A DNA stretch of 64,000 nt from Balamuthia mandrillaris (lineage: Eukaryota). The notes under the pieces were generated by a model. That model was not told the origin of the DNA, made no database searches, and saw only the letters and a program-made list of their open reading frames with translations. Below, piece by piece: positions 11,601 to 26,400 of the stretch. Within the stretch, counting starts at the first letter, position 1. Every line of letters starts with the position of its first letter. Position numbers and translations under genes: made by a program. The stretch is taken from assembly GCA_031835245.2 (NCBI GenBank), contig JAVKOQ020000018.1:1-64000 (forward strand). The letters run 5' to 3'.

Positions 11601-11977
11601 GAAAATGACTACTTCTTGGTGCAACATGACTTCGCTACTTATATCCTTTTTTACTTTTCTCATTCCTTTTTACCCCCTGTCTCTCATTCTTTCTCATTTG
11701 CCTTAACTTCTTGTTCACATCTGGAAGCTCAGCAACGCGTTGATGAAAGCTATAAGGACAAGCAGCGATGGGCAAAAATGAGCATTCTCAGCACAGCAGG
11801 CTCTGGCTTCTTCTCCAGTGATCGCACCATCCAACAATATGCTGACCAGATTTGGAACATTCGGGTGGGTAGCTCCCATTTTCATTATCCCCTTTTGTTA
11901 CGTTCCGCCCTCTAAAACCTATGTCTTATTTTCTGTCGATTGCCCCAAAAAAGCCTCTGGAGATGCGGGAAGAGTGA
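7938..11977 (+). CDS. Glycogen/starch phosphorylase (GT35), multi-exon
   Basis: [72 protein letters not shown] (PLP lysine), FSSDRTI. Confidence 0.97.
11641..11718 (+). other. U12-type (minor spliceosome) AT-AC intron
   Basis: 5' end ATATCCTTT, branch motif CCTTAAC at 11701-11707, 3' end CAC. Removal restores [15 protein letters not shown]. Confidence 0.9.
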
Positions 11978-12264
11978 CTTCCACACACCTGACTGCAACC
12001 CACCAGCAATACAATTGTAGCTACTAACATTTTTGAATTTTTACTAATAATAACAATGGTCAAAATATAATCATTATATGTTTAAAGTAATGGATTGGTT
12101 GTTCTATATTAATTAAACCAACAACCAGGCTACTCCATTTTTTTGTTGTTGTGCACACCCGATAAAAAAAAAAACAAGACTAGCGAAAGAGAGAAAGACT
12201 AACCACAGCATTACAATAGAACTCTGGTGATAGATAGCCTGTTCGCCACTCCGAAGAAGCAGAG

Positions 12265-12916
12265 ATGAGCGAAGAAGCAACCGCAGCAGCGGAAGCCGCT
12301 CCAGCTTCTTCTGCGGAGGGCATTGAAAACATGATCCACCTACAAACCATGACCGAAGAAACCATTCTGCAAAACTTAAAAGTGCGGTACAATGACAAGA
12401 AAATTTATGTGAGTATCTTCTCTCTCTCTCTGTCTCTCTCTCTCTGTCTCTCTCTCTGTCTCTCTTCTTGCTCACCTCTTGCTTTCTCTCCTCTGGCGTC
12501 TCTGCCCCGCCGAACAGACTTACACGGGTTCCATTCTAGTGAGCGTAAATCCCTACGAGGAATTGCCCATTTACACAACGGAGGTGGCCCGTTCCTACAT
12601 AAACCAACCTATGGGGGAGATGCCGCCACACGTCTTCGCCATTGCGGACGAGGCCTATCGCTGCATGCTCCGCGATGGCAGCAACCAGTCTGTCATCATC
12701 AGCGGAGAGTCGGGAGCTGGCAAAACGGAGGCCACCAAGCTCATGCTCCAGTTTTTGGCTTTCAAGACGCGAAGCGAACAGGTTGGCAAGAAACAGACGG
12801 AGAACCTTGTCGAGCAGTTGTTGCTGGAGTCCAGCCCTATTTTGGAGGCGTTTGGTAACGCCAAGACCGTTCGTAACGATAATTCGAGTCGCTTTGTACG
12901 TTTGTTTTTTGCTTGC

Positions 12917-12953
<37 letters not shown>

Positions 12954-13682
12954 CTCTCTCTCTCTCCTCTGGTTCTCCTTTCTCCTCTTTTGTCTCCGCT
13001 CCTTGCTTTCTCTCTCTGTCTCGTTCCTTTTCTTCACTTGGCCTTTTTTTTTTGCAACTAAAAATAAATGAAAAAAATAAAAAAAAAAAAGGGCAAGTAC
13101 ATAAACATCCAGTTCGACCAACGGGGAGCCATCGTTGGCGCCAAGATCGAAAACTGTTGGTGATTCACCTCCCTTTCACTCGCTTGCTTTCACTAATGCT
13201 TCTCTCTCTCTCTCTCTCTCTCTCTCTTGCTGCCCATATCCGCCTGGTTTGAAAATAACAAAAGATCTGCTTGAAAAGGTTTGATCCGTTGAGGTGGTTT
13301 TATCCGAGCGAGCTACTTAACTATCGCAAAACAAAACAAAAAACAACAGAGCAGACTAGCCTATCAAGCTCCCGATGAAAGAAACTATCATATCTTCTAC
13401 GCCCTGTGCCGAGGCCTTTCCGAGGAGGATAGAGGTATATGCTTGCTTCCCTGTAGCTTGCCATCACTGCTTGAGCGTTGTGTGTTAACTAAATGTATTG
13501 GGTGTGCTACAGAGCAGTGGCATATTGGGCCTCCAGAAAGCTTTCATTATCTCAACCAGAGCGGCTGCACTACCATCAAAGGTGTTGACGACGCAAAAGA
13601 CTTGAAAGACATCAAGGTGCATCTCTCGCTGTTGCTCCTACTCGCCCTTAATTAACGCTCATCTCCTTTTCTCTTCCCCCCT

Positions 13683-13724
<42 letters not shown>

Positions 13725-15840
13725 ACTTCACTCCCTTCCTTCAACGTTTCCTTCTTGCCTTTACTGACGCAAAATCTGGCAACACAACTATGCTCTTTGT
13801 GTGACAGAATGCGATGCAACTACTGGGAATGGGTGACCAACAAGAAACAGTATTCCAGACAGTGGCTGCCATCCTTCATCTTGGAAACACTCGTTTTGTG
13901 CCAAGAAAGGAAGGCGATGGTTGTGCGGTTGAAAATATGGAGGGTTGGTGTTCAGGCTCATTTCCTCGTCATTGTTCTTTTTGTTCTTGCAGAGTCTATA
14001 CTTACCCCCACGTGCAATTCCTTAGAATTGCAAATAGCGGCCAAGTTATTGGGTGTCCCTGTTGAACGGTTAGCCAAAGTACTCGTTACCCGGTTCAACA
14101 AGATCCGTGGCGAAGGTGCGTTTTTTTCGTGTTGTATTCACGCTCTCTCTTTTTAACAACTGAAATCGGTTCCACATCGTGCTTCGTATGATAGTGTTCG
14201 AAGTCCCGTTGTCACCTGCTGAGGTATCCTCATACTCGTCTGTGCATTTGATATGCTTGGCTATTTCTATGTTATTCTTAAGTTTGTCTGAAACGTTTGT
14301 TTGAATTGAAGGCAGGAGATGTTAGGGATGCCATAGCAAAAGCTCTGTACGGAAGACAGTTTGACTGGTTGGTGGAATGCATAAACAAATCAACTCAGAG
14401 GACGCACAAACAAGGAGACAAAATAACATTCATTGGAATTCTTGATATATTTGGTTTTGAGAACTTTAAAGTGAACAGCTTCGAGCAGCTATGCATCAAC
14501 TATACAAATGAAAAGTTGCAGCAGCTAGTACGCTATCCTTTTCCTTTGTTGTTTGAACACGTTTATCGTCGATCACCTTGTTAAGCCATGCACCTTCCAG
14601 TTCAATCAACATATCTTTAAGCAAGAACAAGAGGAATACACCAAAGAACAGATCGACTGGACAAATATCGCCTTTAAAGACAATCAAGGATGTATTGATC
14701 TTATTGAATCGGTAAAGCGGTCTCTCTCTCTCTCTCTCTCTCTTCCCGTCTCTTCCTCTCTTCCATTCACTCCCTCCTTCCTTTCTCCTCTCTGCACATA
14801 TTCTACTAACAATAAGAATACAGAAACTGGGCATACTTTCGCTACTACAAGAAGAATGCCGTTTCCCCAAAGCGTCTGATGAAAGCCTGTTGCTAAAGCT
14901 GCATGATAACCTCCAAAAAAGCGATTTTTACGAAAAGCCCAAAAGAAGAGGTCCTCATTTTATCGTGAAGCATTACGCCGGCGATGTAAGTTACGATGTA
15001 ACCGGCTTTTTAGAGAAAAACAAAGACACTGTCATGGACAGCGTTGCAATTCTCCTGGCAAATAGCAATAACCCTCACATTAGCGGCTTTTTTCAAGCTG
15101 ATGCTGCGATGGCAACTACCAGTGGTGGCGGTGGCGGTGGCGGTGGCGGTGGCGGTGCCAGTAGAAGAGGACCAACAAGCTCTGCCAAAGATACCGTTGG
15201 TTTGCAATTTAAGGTATGTTCATGCATGTCTGTCCCGTACTGTAAATTAGAATTTTTCTCCTTACACTTATAATTATTGTCCTCCAAGAACCAACTCAGC
15301 TCGCTTGTTGCGACTCTGTCAAGTACAAAACCCTATTACGTCCGTTGCATGAAACCAAATACACTGAAGCAAGCCAATTTGTTTGATGACGATTTGGTGC
15401 TAACCCAACTGCGGTATTGTGGTATGTTGGAAACTATTCGCATCAGAAAATTAGGCTTTCCTATTCGTCGCGACTTTGAGACTTTTAACGATAGGTTTGT
15501 TTTCGTCTCCTTCTTAATACACTGCATTTCTCGAATCTCTGTTCTTATCGATAATCTTTTAGATACGCGTTGTTGGAACCCGCAAGCCGACAAGTAGAAG
15601 ACCCGAAAGAAGCTGCTTTGATGATTCTCAACAGGGCGTCTTCTAACTTGCCCGTAGGGACGTATACTGTTGGCCTTACCAAAGTGTTCCTTCGTGATGA
15701 GCCTTTGGCCATCTTAGAGGATATGCGCAACGCTTTCTTCCTGAAGAGTGCCATATGCTTACAAACAAACTGGCGAGCTTTCCTTCTTCGTAGACGTTAC
15801 CAACAGATAAAGGCCTCTTCTGGCTTGCTTCAAAAATGTT

Positions 15841-15878
<38 letters not shown>

Positions 15879-18800
15879 GGTCTCATTTCTATTGGCTGAC
15901 CCACCACCAACAGTTTACAGAAGATTTGCCCAACGCACTTCATTCTTAAATACACGCGAAGCAACTACAGCTATTCAATCAGGTTCTCCTTCTTTCTACC
16001 TCCCCCTATACTCCTTTTCTTACATCATTGACTTACAAATTATGCTAGCGATGCGAATGCGCCAACAACGAACAAAGTATACTGCTGTTAGGGCTGGAAC
16101 CATTGCGTTACAAGCAGCCATTAGAACTCATAATGCGGTGCAACTAAAGATACGTCTGGTGGAAGAGGAAAAAGAAAGGCAGAGAAGATTGGAAGAAATC
16201 AAGCGACTCAAAGACAAAGAAGAAAGAGAACGAAGAGAGCGAGAGGAGCAAGAACGGCAAGAAAGAGAACGACAAAGAAGAGAGGAAGAAGAAAGAGCGA
16301 AACAAGAGCGCGAGCGAAAGCGACTGGAGGAAGAAGAACGAGCCCGCAGAGAAGAAGAAGAGCGCCAGCGGAAGAAAGAGGAAGAAGAGAGGATGATGCA
16401 ACTCAACCTGAACTTGCAGGAGCAGAAACAAGTCCAATCCCTGCAAGACATGCTAACTCCGCGTCACAGCACCTCCGCGCGCTTCTATTCCCCTCGAGAT
16501 GCCGTTCCTCCCAGTCCGCCTACTCGCGAAGAAGTTGAACTTGAACAGGATATGATGGCTGCACTTCCACCCCCGCCTGCAGAGTGGGGCGACCTTCCGC
16601 CTCCTCCTTTTGAAATGGGAATGCCACCCGTTCCTCCAGAAGCAGGTGATGGTGATCTGCCTGACTTTGCGCCTGGAGAGATGCCAGAACTGCCATCTGC
16701 GATGGAAGCACCTGAGGGTGACGGAGAAGAGGCCGAAGAGCAACCAAGTGATGCAGCAAACTATGACTTTGACTTTTATGCGACAGAGGAAGATGATGCT
16801 GCCGACTATAAATGGCAATCTGAGGAAGGTTTATATGGGCATTATTTTGAGGCCTATGCTAAGCAACGATATAGTACATTTGCTATCCACTGTGTTGTTC
16901 CATGTTATTTGTGCGTCTATTTACATTTTTCTTTTGTTGCAGGAGAACACAAAAAACTATCGTTGCAGCAGCTTATGTGCTGGTCTAAGGTTTGTTCTCC
17001 GTCTGTTTATCCTTTAAACGTACGTTTCTACCAATTATTTATTTGTTTTTTTCTTTATAGGACCCGTTGAAGGCATCGTTGTTAGAATTACAGAGTGAAG
17101 AAGATAACAAAGTTGCTATTGAAGTCTCTAAAAGTACAACGCTTTTCATTGGCTTCATAACAGAGAGAGAGAGAGAGAGTAAGAGAAAAACTCAGCGCAA
17201 TCACTAACTTCATGCCTATTTTGACAGAGATTCACGCTTACCTCCGCAGCAAGAAGAGTGTGGATGATAACTTTGCTACAATTGCATTCCTGTTACGTGT
17301 TGGTCTTCGCGATTCCTCTGCTTCCATTCCACCTACTTTTGATCCTGCTCACCCTCTACCACCATCCTCCGACGTTCCATTGACCCCATCAGCCGAAGAA
17401 CACAAAGACCCTAACACAACCGCTATTCAAGATGAGATTTGGTGTCAACTATGCAAACAAGTGATGGTACCACCCACATCGCAAATGGCATGGAAGAGTA
17501 AAATCAAAGGACCGGATGCCAACAGCTTGAAGAGGGGATGGGACCTCATGAAAATGGCAGCATGCACATTCCCTCCAAGCGATGAGCTAGCTCCATACGT
17601 CTTCAGCCTGTGCAAAAGCGCGCAAGAGACAGCCCAACAAGCCATGCAAGCCCCTGAAACAGCTTCGGAGAGCATTCACTCCATCATTTCGCAAAGTGCT
17701 GCCTTTGTGGATACGTCACTGAAGCGAATGGGAAGAAATGGCCCTAGGAAGTATGTACCGTCGGTGATGGAACTGAAGGCCATCGAGAAAATGGAGCCTA
17801 TACTTTGTAGAGTTTTTTTCATGGATGGCGCTGTCAAAGCTTTTTTCATTGACTCTTCCACCACCGCTGCCGAACTCAAGCAAGAAGTTGTGAGCAAATT
17901 GGGGTTGGCTTACACCTTTGGCTTCTTCTTGGTTAAAGTCTATGGCAATATCGGTAGGTTTTCTCTTACTCTCTTCCAGTCGTCTCCTTCCTCCCTCTCT
18001 CGTTTCTTCTCTCACCCTCTTCCTCTTCTCTCTTCCACTCCACCAATTTCTTTCTTCGGATCATCATGTTTTCGTAGAACGAGCAATGAACAATAGCTCC
18101 AAAGTTGGCGATGAAATCGCTGAGTTTGAAACTCTACGAGATGTGATGAAGATGCAAGGCGTCGAGGTCCGTATGCGCATCGCTTTCAAAAAACGCATTT
18201 TCTTGCCAACACCGAACGACTCTCTTGATCTCTTTGGAGCTGCCACTCGAAATCTGCTGTTCCATCAGGTACTGTAATTTTTAACCGGATTACAAGTCAT
18301 TCGCATGCTCATCTCGTTTTTTTTGTATTTCCTTTGTTTGATATATGTAGGTCGTTGAAGAAATCCGATCAGCAACATTGCCTACTTCAAGAGAGAAAGT
18401 GTTGGAGTTGTGTGGCTTGAAATGCCAGTACGACTATGGTGATAACACTCGTCTTCTTATCCCAGCATTTGTGTATGTTTCTCTCTCTCTCTCTCTCTCC
18501 CTCTTCTCTCTTTTTATGTTTCTCTCACACACATGAATGTACGTTCCAGGGAGTTACACGTTCCAATGTATCTACGAACAGAAGCCACTGATACAGAACG
18601 CTGGATGGAAGATCTTCTTCAAGAACATACTCGTCATGCTGGCATATCTGCTGAAGAAGCTAAACTGCAATACTTGCAGAGAGTTCAAGAGTTACCACTC
18701 TATGGTGCCACTATGTTTGCCATGAAGCTCGTCACCAACACTGTTAAATTGATCAGAGATCAAGGTTATCTTGCCATTAGTGGCAAAGGACTTAGTTTTG

Positions 18801-21752
18801 TCACTCGCGACCACAATGGGGTTAGTTTTTTATTTTGCTCGCTCCCGTCTCCAATTGCCTTTTACGTTATTATTTATTCTTCTTCTAATAGCAAGTTGTT
18901 ATGACGCCCACTATTCCCTTCTCTGACGTGCTGAGTTGGTCACACGAAGGCACAAATACTACCATTCATGCAATTGTTGAAGGAGAACGAAGTGTTATTG
19001 AATTAGCTTGTCATCAAGTACTTCTTTCTCTCTCTCCCTCTCTCTCTCTCTCCCTCTCTTTCTCTTTGTTCGATGGATTCTAATCACATTATTGTGATAT
19101 GCAGTCATCAGAAATAGACCTTCTGATGAAAGAGTATGTGGAACAACTTACAGCCAGCTCTCAATACGCCAAAGCTTTGGTTGATTACCACGTTCCTGAT
19201 ACGAAGCACCTTCTTTCCTTCAACAAAGGCGATATCATCTTTGTCAAGGTCAAATATTGTTGCAACTCTAGGTTTTCCGTTTTACTTTTTTGTCTCATTT
19301 CCGCTGTTAAACACATCAGAGCAAGAAAGGACAAAGAGGATGGTACTATGGAGAATGTAAAGGAAAGGCGGGCCACTTTCCAATTGATATGGTCCAAATG
19401 TTGGTCGGCGTGCCTGTCGATATCCCCGAGGCAACCCCCTCCGCCCAATCAACCCTACGATCCGCTACGTCTAAGCGTCACTCTTTCCATCCTAACACTC
19501 ACCGCCTTTCCCAAGAGATTGGTGGCCCTTCCTTGAGAGACAGAGCTTCCACTGATACATGCCCCTCGAGCTCATCGTCACCCGCCGAGGCAGAAACGGA
19601 AGGCTCTTCTCCTACAGCAGGATCGCCCTTAGACGAATCCAACAGCGATGCTGGAAATCAGGGTCACCTCCCCCGAATAACTTCCATGCCTATGTAAGTA
19701 TTGTTGTCTTATTTTCCAAGGAGCAGTAAGTTTTTGCGATGTTTGACATTTTGTGTTTGAATAGTGGTGGAAATCTTTCGAAGAAGATTCACTACCGGCG
19801 TACCATGCGTAAGTCAGCTATGTGGAAGAAGAAAGTGGCTATTGAAATGGAAGAAATAACATCCTTCTCCAAAGTACCTACTTTAACTCTCACTCATCTC
19901 TTTTGGCCTACTATACTCTCTTCTGACGCTCACGCAAACAAAAACAGGAACCTATTCATGACTCTTTGTTACCATTAGCTGCCCGAGACAACAAAGCTGC
20001 CTTGAAGATGTTCAAACGGATTATGATGTACATGGGCGATCTCCCTTGCAAAATAGAACAGGAAATCATGCTGCCGCAGCGCATTCTTGAGCAGGGTATC
20101 AACAATAGAGAACTTAGGGATGAAACCTACTGCCAGCTCATGAAACAGGTTCACAAGAATCCTCGTCCCACCAGCGAAGAACGAGGATGGATCTTAATAG
20201 CTTTAGCCTGCTCCACCTTCATTCCTTCCGACAGCGTTTTGGCAGAACTCATGAAGTTGTTGGAAGACAAACAACAAAACAGGTTGGCTAACCCTACAGT
20301 TGCCTTCATTGCGAGTGCCGCCACCGAGAGATTGCAGAATGCAATGTTGATTGGAGAACGATCTCTGGGTCCATCCCTCATTGAAGTTAATGCCTTGAAG
20401 CGTAGACAACGCGTTGTGTGTCGTATTTCTATGCCTGATGGCGCGTACCGTGCTCTTCACATCGATCCCTGGTTTGTTCTCTTTCCCTTTCCTTGCTTCA
20501 TTAACTTCACTTATAATTGTATGCAACCACAACAACCACAGGACGACTGTGAGAGAAGTACTGCCAGAGTTGATATCAAAACAGGTCCACTTCCAAGATG
20601 AAACTGATCCAAAAGACTTTGCGCTGTTTGCGAGCGCTTCCGCCGTTTCCTCTGATCATTCCAAGTCCTTCATTAAGTATCCTATTCCCGAACAAGCTCA
20701 GATCTGCGAAGCTTTGACTCGGTGGGAAACGTTGGAACAGGCCAAAGGCAAAAAGTTGAAAAAACTCGTTCCGGAGTTTGCTTTGCAGCTGCGAAAGCAA
20801 ATCATCAGGAAGGAAGATGATGAGAGAGTTCTCAAGGATAACAACTTGTGTGAATTCCTTTTCGCTCAGGTACCACCCTAACCAGACATTGTCCCTCCTA
20901 AGTTTTCTATTTTGTTGTTAACTCTGTTGTTGATCATCCTTTGCAAATAGATGGTGGAAGACTTTTTATCTGGACAGTTACCCATCCCAGATGAAAAGCT
21001 AGTGTTGGAAATGGGAGCTATTCTGGTGAATCTGCTCTTCCGTCGTGGCAAGAATTCTTCAGCTCCACTCTTACCGTACTCTCCCTCTCTCCCTCCCTCT
21101 ATTTGTTACCATGGCGTTCTTATTTCTTTGGTTACCACACAGAGAAATGTTGGATCAGTTTTTGCCGATGAATCTGCTTGCTCAAGCGGACAGATCCCAA
21201 TTGTTGCAAGGGCTCATCGTTGAATGCGCCCTGAAAAACGAACTGGGAGGTTTGGAGGCCAAGCGTTGGTTCTTAGAACAAGCCCACGCTAGTCCTTTAT
21301 ACGGACTCGTTATTTATCCCGTGGTAAGTGGCGTCAGGATGTTTTCTCTGCTCCTTAACTTCTCTTTCTCTCTCCCTGTGTTGATATTCACGTTCATTTG
21401 ATAACAGAGGGAAGACCATAACGACTTGTGGCTGGCACTTGGTCCAGAGAAGCTCATGCTCGTGGAGCCCTTCACTGGCGTTAGTTCTCCTTTTCTCTCT
21501 CTCTCTCTCTCTCTCCTTCTTAACAACGTGAGCTTTAACTAAACCATTTAATGCCATGCAACACAACAGGAGGTACTCAAAGAATGGACTTTTAAGGACA
21601 TAGCAAACTGGGGTAGCACTCGCACTGACTTTCATATTGTGGCTGGAAATCTCTTCAAACCAGAGAAGCGCTGCTTCTCGTGCCCCTACGCGCCCTACAT
21701 CACTGTACTCTTTGGACATTATTTGGCCGCGTGGAAAGAACTGAACGAATGA
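12265..21752 (+). CDS. Unconventional MyTH4-FERM myosin (class VII-like: motor, IQ, SAH, MyTH4-FERM, SH3, MyTH4-FERM)
   Basis: [44 protein letters not shown] motifs, ER/K helix (~16160-16395), two DE(I/T)(W/Y)CQL.KQ MyTH4 blocks, and SH3-type ALVDY..LSFNKGD..GWYYG..GHFP. Confidence 0.95.
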
Positions 21753-21838
21753 AAAAAAAAAAACCGGTCCCCATCCTTCGGCCTTGTATTATCAAACACA
21801 AAAAAACCCCCGATGAACATTCCTCGCTCTCCCTCTTC

Positions 21839-21915
<77 letters not shown>

Positions 21916-22438
21916 CACGGTGGGGTGGTTGCAATTTTTGCGATATTTTTCCATTTGTTGGGATTAATTTTTGTTTGTTGGCTTCAACGAAAAGAAAAAA
22001 ACAAATAGCGAGGGAAGGAAGGAAGGGAGAAGAAAGACAACTAAAGGAGGAGGAAGACCAAGTAGTAGTAGTTGACTATTGGCTACCTTCCTTTCCTTTT
22101 TTTTTCTTATTCGCCTTGTATTCTCCCTCCTCCACGCTTGCTTGTCACTCTTATAAGTATCGTTTGTTTGTTCAGGCCAGCCAACCGTTATCTAGGAGGG
22201 TAACTTGCCTCGGAACCAAACTTTGGAGGTCCTACGGGAGAGCAGCACCGCGTAACTTAAACTTGCAGCTCTTTTCCTCCGCTTTCTTTCCATTCTAACA
22301 ACCACCCCTTCAAACAAATAGAGGGAGATCACCTATCGAAGGAACCCCTGAAAGAAAAAAAAGGACACGGGGGGAAGGGGATAACAATTGTAATCAAACA
22401 GCGGCAACAACTACCACCACTATATATCATATTTGAAA

Positions 22439-22940
22439 ATGGCCTCCAGCGTTTGGAAGTTTGGCCATTCGTTGGACAGGGTGGTGGCGGGTGTGAGGGA
22501 GGGTCTCTCTCAGTTGGATGGCTGCGAACTAACGGCTGTCTCTCGCACCGAGGCTCGTGTCCGCATCAGCGCTACTTTCACCAACGATGCTGGGCGGGTA
22601 GTTTCTTCATTTCCTTCCCTCCTTGGCTTGGCTTCTCCTTCTTGCTTCTGTCCCTGTTTTCCCTTTTTTTTTTTTTGGTTGTTTGTTATTGTTACCTGTC
22701 CTTCTTTATAGCGTATGTTGATCTTTCTTTTTTTGTTCAGGTGGACGATGTAAGTTTGGATGTGGAAGAAAAGGAAGGGCAGACGTTCATCACCCTGTTT
22801 TCTAAAACCAGAGGCAAGGGTGAAAAGTCATTCTATGATCAGAACCGCAGGAACTTGTATCGCGTTTATGCGGCGCTGCCTTTTACCCCTGTTTCCTCCG
22901 TCCCAGCTTTGCCCGTCACCATTCCTCAAGAGGCATGCCC

Positions 22941-22981
<41 letters not shown>

Positions 22982-23381
22982 TCATTTTTCTCTTATTGCG
23001 TGTTTGCTACCCATGTATTTTTTTTCTTATTTTTCATTTGGGTACCGCAGTATGAGTTGTTGGTGATTGCAATGTTGGACCCCAAAAGTGGAGTAACTCT
23101 GAAAGATCGCAAATGGATGATTCTAAAGAAGTACCCACATACATTTTGTTCGTACATCCCTGCTCTTTTTCCTTTGCACCTTTCTTATGAGAGTTGGCTA
23201 ATACTTGCAACTAAATGGACAGTGGGCTCAGAAATGGTGGACTGGCTCATGCAACACAAAAACATTTCACGTGAGGAGAGCGTTGAGCTTGCTTCTAAAT
23301 TGTACAAACTCGGCCTCTTTACGTATGCTGAAGGCAAGAACAAACCTTTCCGTGATGGCAAATTTTATTACCGTTTCATGG

Positions 23382-23422
<41 letters not shown>

Positions 23423-26400
23423 TCTCTCTAGTCTCCGCCCCTTGATATCTGTGTTTTTGTTTTTAATTCACGTGTGTTGCAAAAGATTGGTGATGATGCG
23501 AATTGGGAAGAGTTGGAAAACTTAGAACAGAGAATGCAAGCTATCGAACGAAAAGCAACAGACGAGTACAACCGCCTCTTGTTCAATGCTCCGCACGTAC
23601 CCGATCCATCCGCCGCCAGCCAACCTTCCGTAATAGTACCTTCTTCGCCTCGTTCTGCTATTTCGTCGAACCAGCGGTCGCCCTCACCCCCGTTGGGGCG
23701 TCGCAGCAGCTATCCCGGCAAGAAGGAAAAGCAAACAAAGAAAAAGACCGCCAACGACCTCAGCAGCTCAGAAGAGAGTGATTCCCGTTAGTATCTCTAT
23801 TTCCTCTCCTCTCCTCTCCTCTCCTCTCCTCTCCTCTCCTCTCCTCTCCTCTCCTCTCCTCTCCTCTCCTCTCCTCCTCTCCTCTCCTCTCCTCTCCTCT
23901 CCTCTCCTCTCCTCTCCTCTCCTCTCCTCTCCTCTCCTCTCCTCTCCTCTCCTCTCCTCTCCTCTCCTCTCCTCTCCTCTCCTCTCCTCTCCTCTCTCTC
24001 TTCTCTCTCTCTCCCCCCTTTCTTCCTCTTTCTCATGCGCAATTCTTGCTCTTTCGCCAGATGTAAGTGAACGTCGAAACTCGAGCAGCAGCAAAGAAGT
24101 AGGTGCTAACTTGGGAATATCAAGCGGCGAATCAGGCTCCAAACAGCAAAAGCTATTGAGCCTCACCAAGTTTACCCGCAAGCGTGATCTGACATCTTCT
24201 GGAGTGGAATACATGCAACCTCCATCAGTTGATGGCAGCCCGCTTACTCTTCAGAGGAAACATCTGAGTGACCTGAAACGAGACGAGAAAAAGAAAAAGG
24301 GCGGGTTATGGGCTTCGCGGAACAGAATCATGACAAGAAAGAAAAGCAAGAAGGAAAAAGAAAAGGAGAAAAAGTTGGGGAGTAGGGCCTCCAGTGCAAG
24401 CAGCGGGGTGGTGTATGTGCCGGCCGGAGAGGGCAAAGGACTTCTTGTGGTCGGCGCGGATCATGCCTCTGAAGAGGTGGTATGGGATGATGATCCCCTT
24501 ACAGCACGTAAACGGCTCATCAAGGAGGAACAAAAGCGGATAGAAATGTTGAAGAATATGAAGAAATTTTGGGAGATGAAGCTTTATGGAGAAGTCATAG
24601 GTAGAAAGAAAGCAGAAAGCATTGAACGAACTTTGCAACGCTCTAACACGACGCTTGAGGAGGACTCGGGGCTGGATGGCGGAAAAGAGGCATCAGCTCC
24701 CACGGGAGAAGAAGAAGAGAGAGAAGCCCAACCCACTGACAAAAAAAGGGACAAAACAGGACCAACAAAACACAAGCGAATACGAAGTAAGAGCAAGAAA
24801 GACGAAAAGAAAAGCAAACCACTATCCGGAAGCAAAACGGCAGAAGACAAGGACCAAGCAGATACTGTCTGTGAAGTCAAGAAACGGGCAAGAAATTTGA
24901 CAATAGGTTCTCCCACTGGCTCTTCCTCTTCTTTCAAGAAAATGTTGGAAGACGTTTCTGGCAGTTGGAGTAACGACGATGGCACTACCAGTTGGATAAA
25001 GGAGCAGTTTGAAAATCGAAGAAAGGCTGGCGGTAGCGTTGTTCTCCAAACACCGGACAGCACCCAAATCACGAAAACGGAAACTGAAGTTTTATCATCC
25101 TCAGCAGCACCATCATCATCAGCATCATCTTCTTCTACTTCTTCGTCATCCTCTTCCTCCTCCACGGTAGCGCCCATTAAAGATCCTCCTCCTGCCATTA
25201 TTTTGCCATCTGAGGACGTCGACGGGTCGGCACCTACTCGTGTTAGGTTTGACACTGCTTCCCAAAAAATGGCTGAAAAACGGTGGCAAGATTATTTGGC
25301 TGCTCAAGACTTAAAGAGATCACGCGCTACTATCCAGGTATCTCGTTTTTCTCTTATTCTTTACTCTTTCAATCCTTTTGTTCTGTCCTAACAGTTCAGT
25401 AACAACAGGGCTTTGAGTTGCTGAAAGGGGTAAAAAAACTTCCGGTGGACAAGTTTACAGGAGAAAAAGGGGATAGTATCGTAGATGAATCGGCCGATTA
25501 CGACGATGATGACGACGTCTTGAACGTATCAATAGAAGAGATCCTGTATGACTGTGAACAGCGTAAAGAGGTGCTGGAGAAAGCAAAAGAGCTCATACAA
25601 ACCAACTATGAGCTGAGACTGAAGATCCAGGAAAACCATTTACAATCTCAGATGCTGTTCAACCACCTGAATACCTCTGGAGCAACCGCGACCGCGACCG
25701 CGACCGCCATCGAAAAGAAATCACAGAAAACAGAGGAAATGGAGAGCCAATCACCATCTTCCTCTTCCAAAGAGAGTGATGAGACCTACAAACTGTTGGA
25801 CCAATCCGATTTCGATGGAGATGTGGCCTCCGCTTTAGCAAGTTATGGAGGTAGTGATTCAGCTATACTCCGGCTTTCAGAAGATTCCCCGCAGCGGGAA
25901 GAGAACGAGGAGGAAGAAGAAGAGGATGACAGCGATGATGAAGAAGAGGAAAGTTCTTCTAGCTATTATGACGAAGATGAGGACGACGATGACGACGATG
26001 ATGAAGAAGATAGCGGTGACTCAAGCGACGAAGAGGTATTACCATCTGCCACAGAGTACCTGCTGACCTCTGATAGTATCATCATGAGAAGCGAGATGAC
26101 CAGACAGCAATCCTATGCCAGTCCCTCTTTCATCCAGCCACCATCAGAGATAGTTCGCCCTGTTGACAAATCTTCTACCAAACAAAATGAAACTTCCACA
26201 TCTACACAACAGCAACAACAAAACGATGAAGAACGTAAAGTCAATTTCCTACCGAAAGTTTTGACAGAGGGAGAATTTGCCTACTGCAGAAACATCGACT
26301 TCACCGACGTTGTTTTGTTGGAACCACCAGTAGGCTACGGAGCGTTCGGAGTTGTTTATCGTGGCATTTGGCGTGGTGCCATTGTCGCTGTTAAAAAGGT

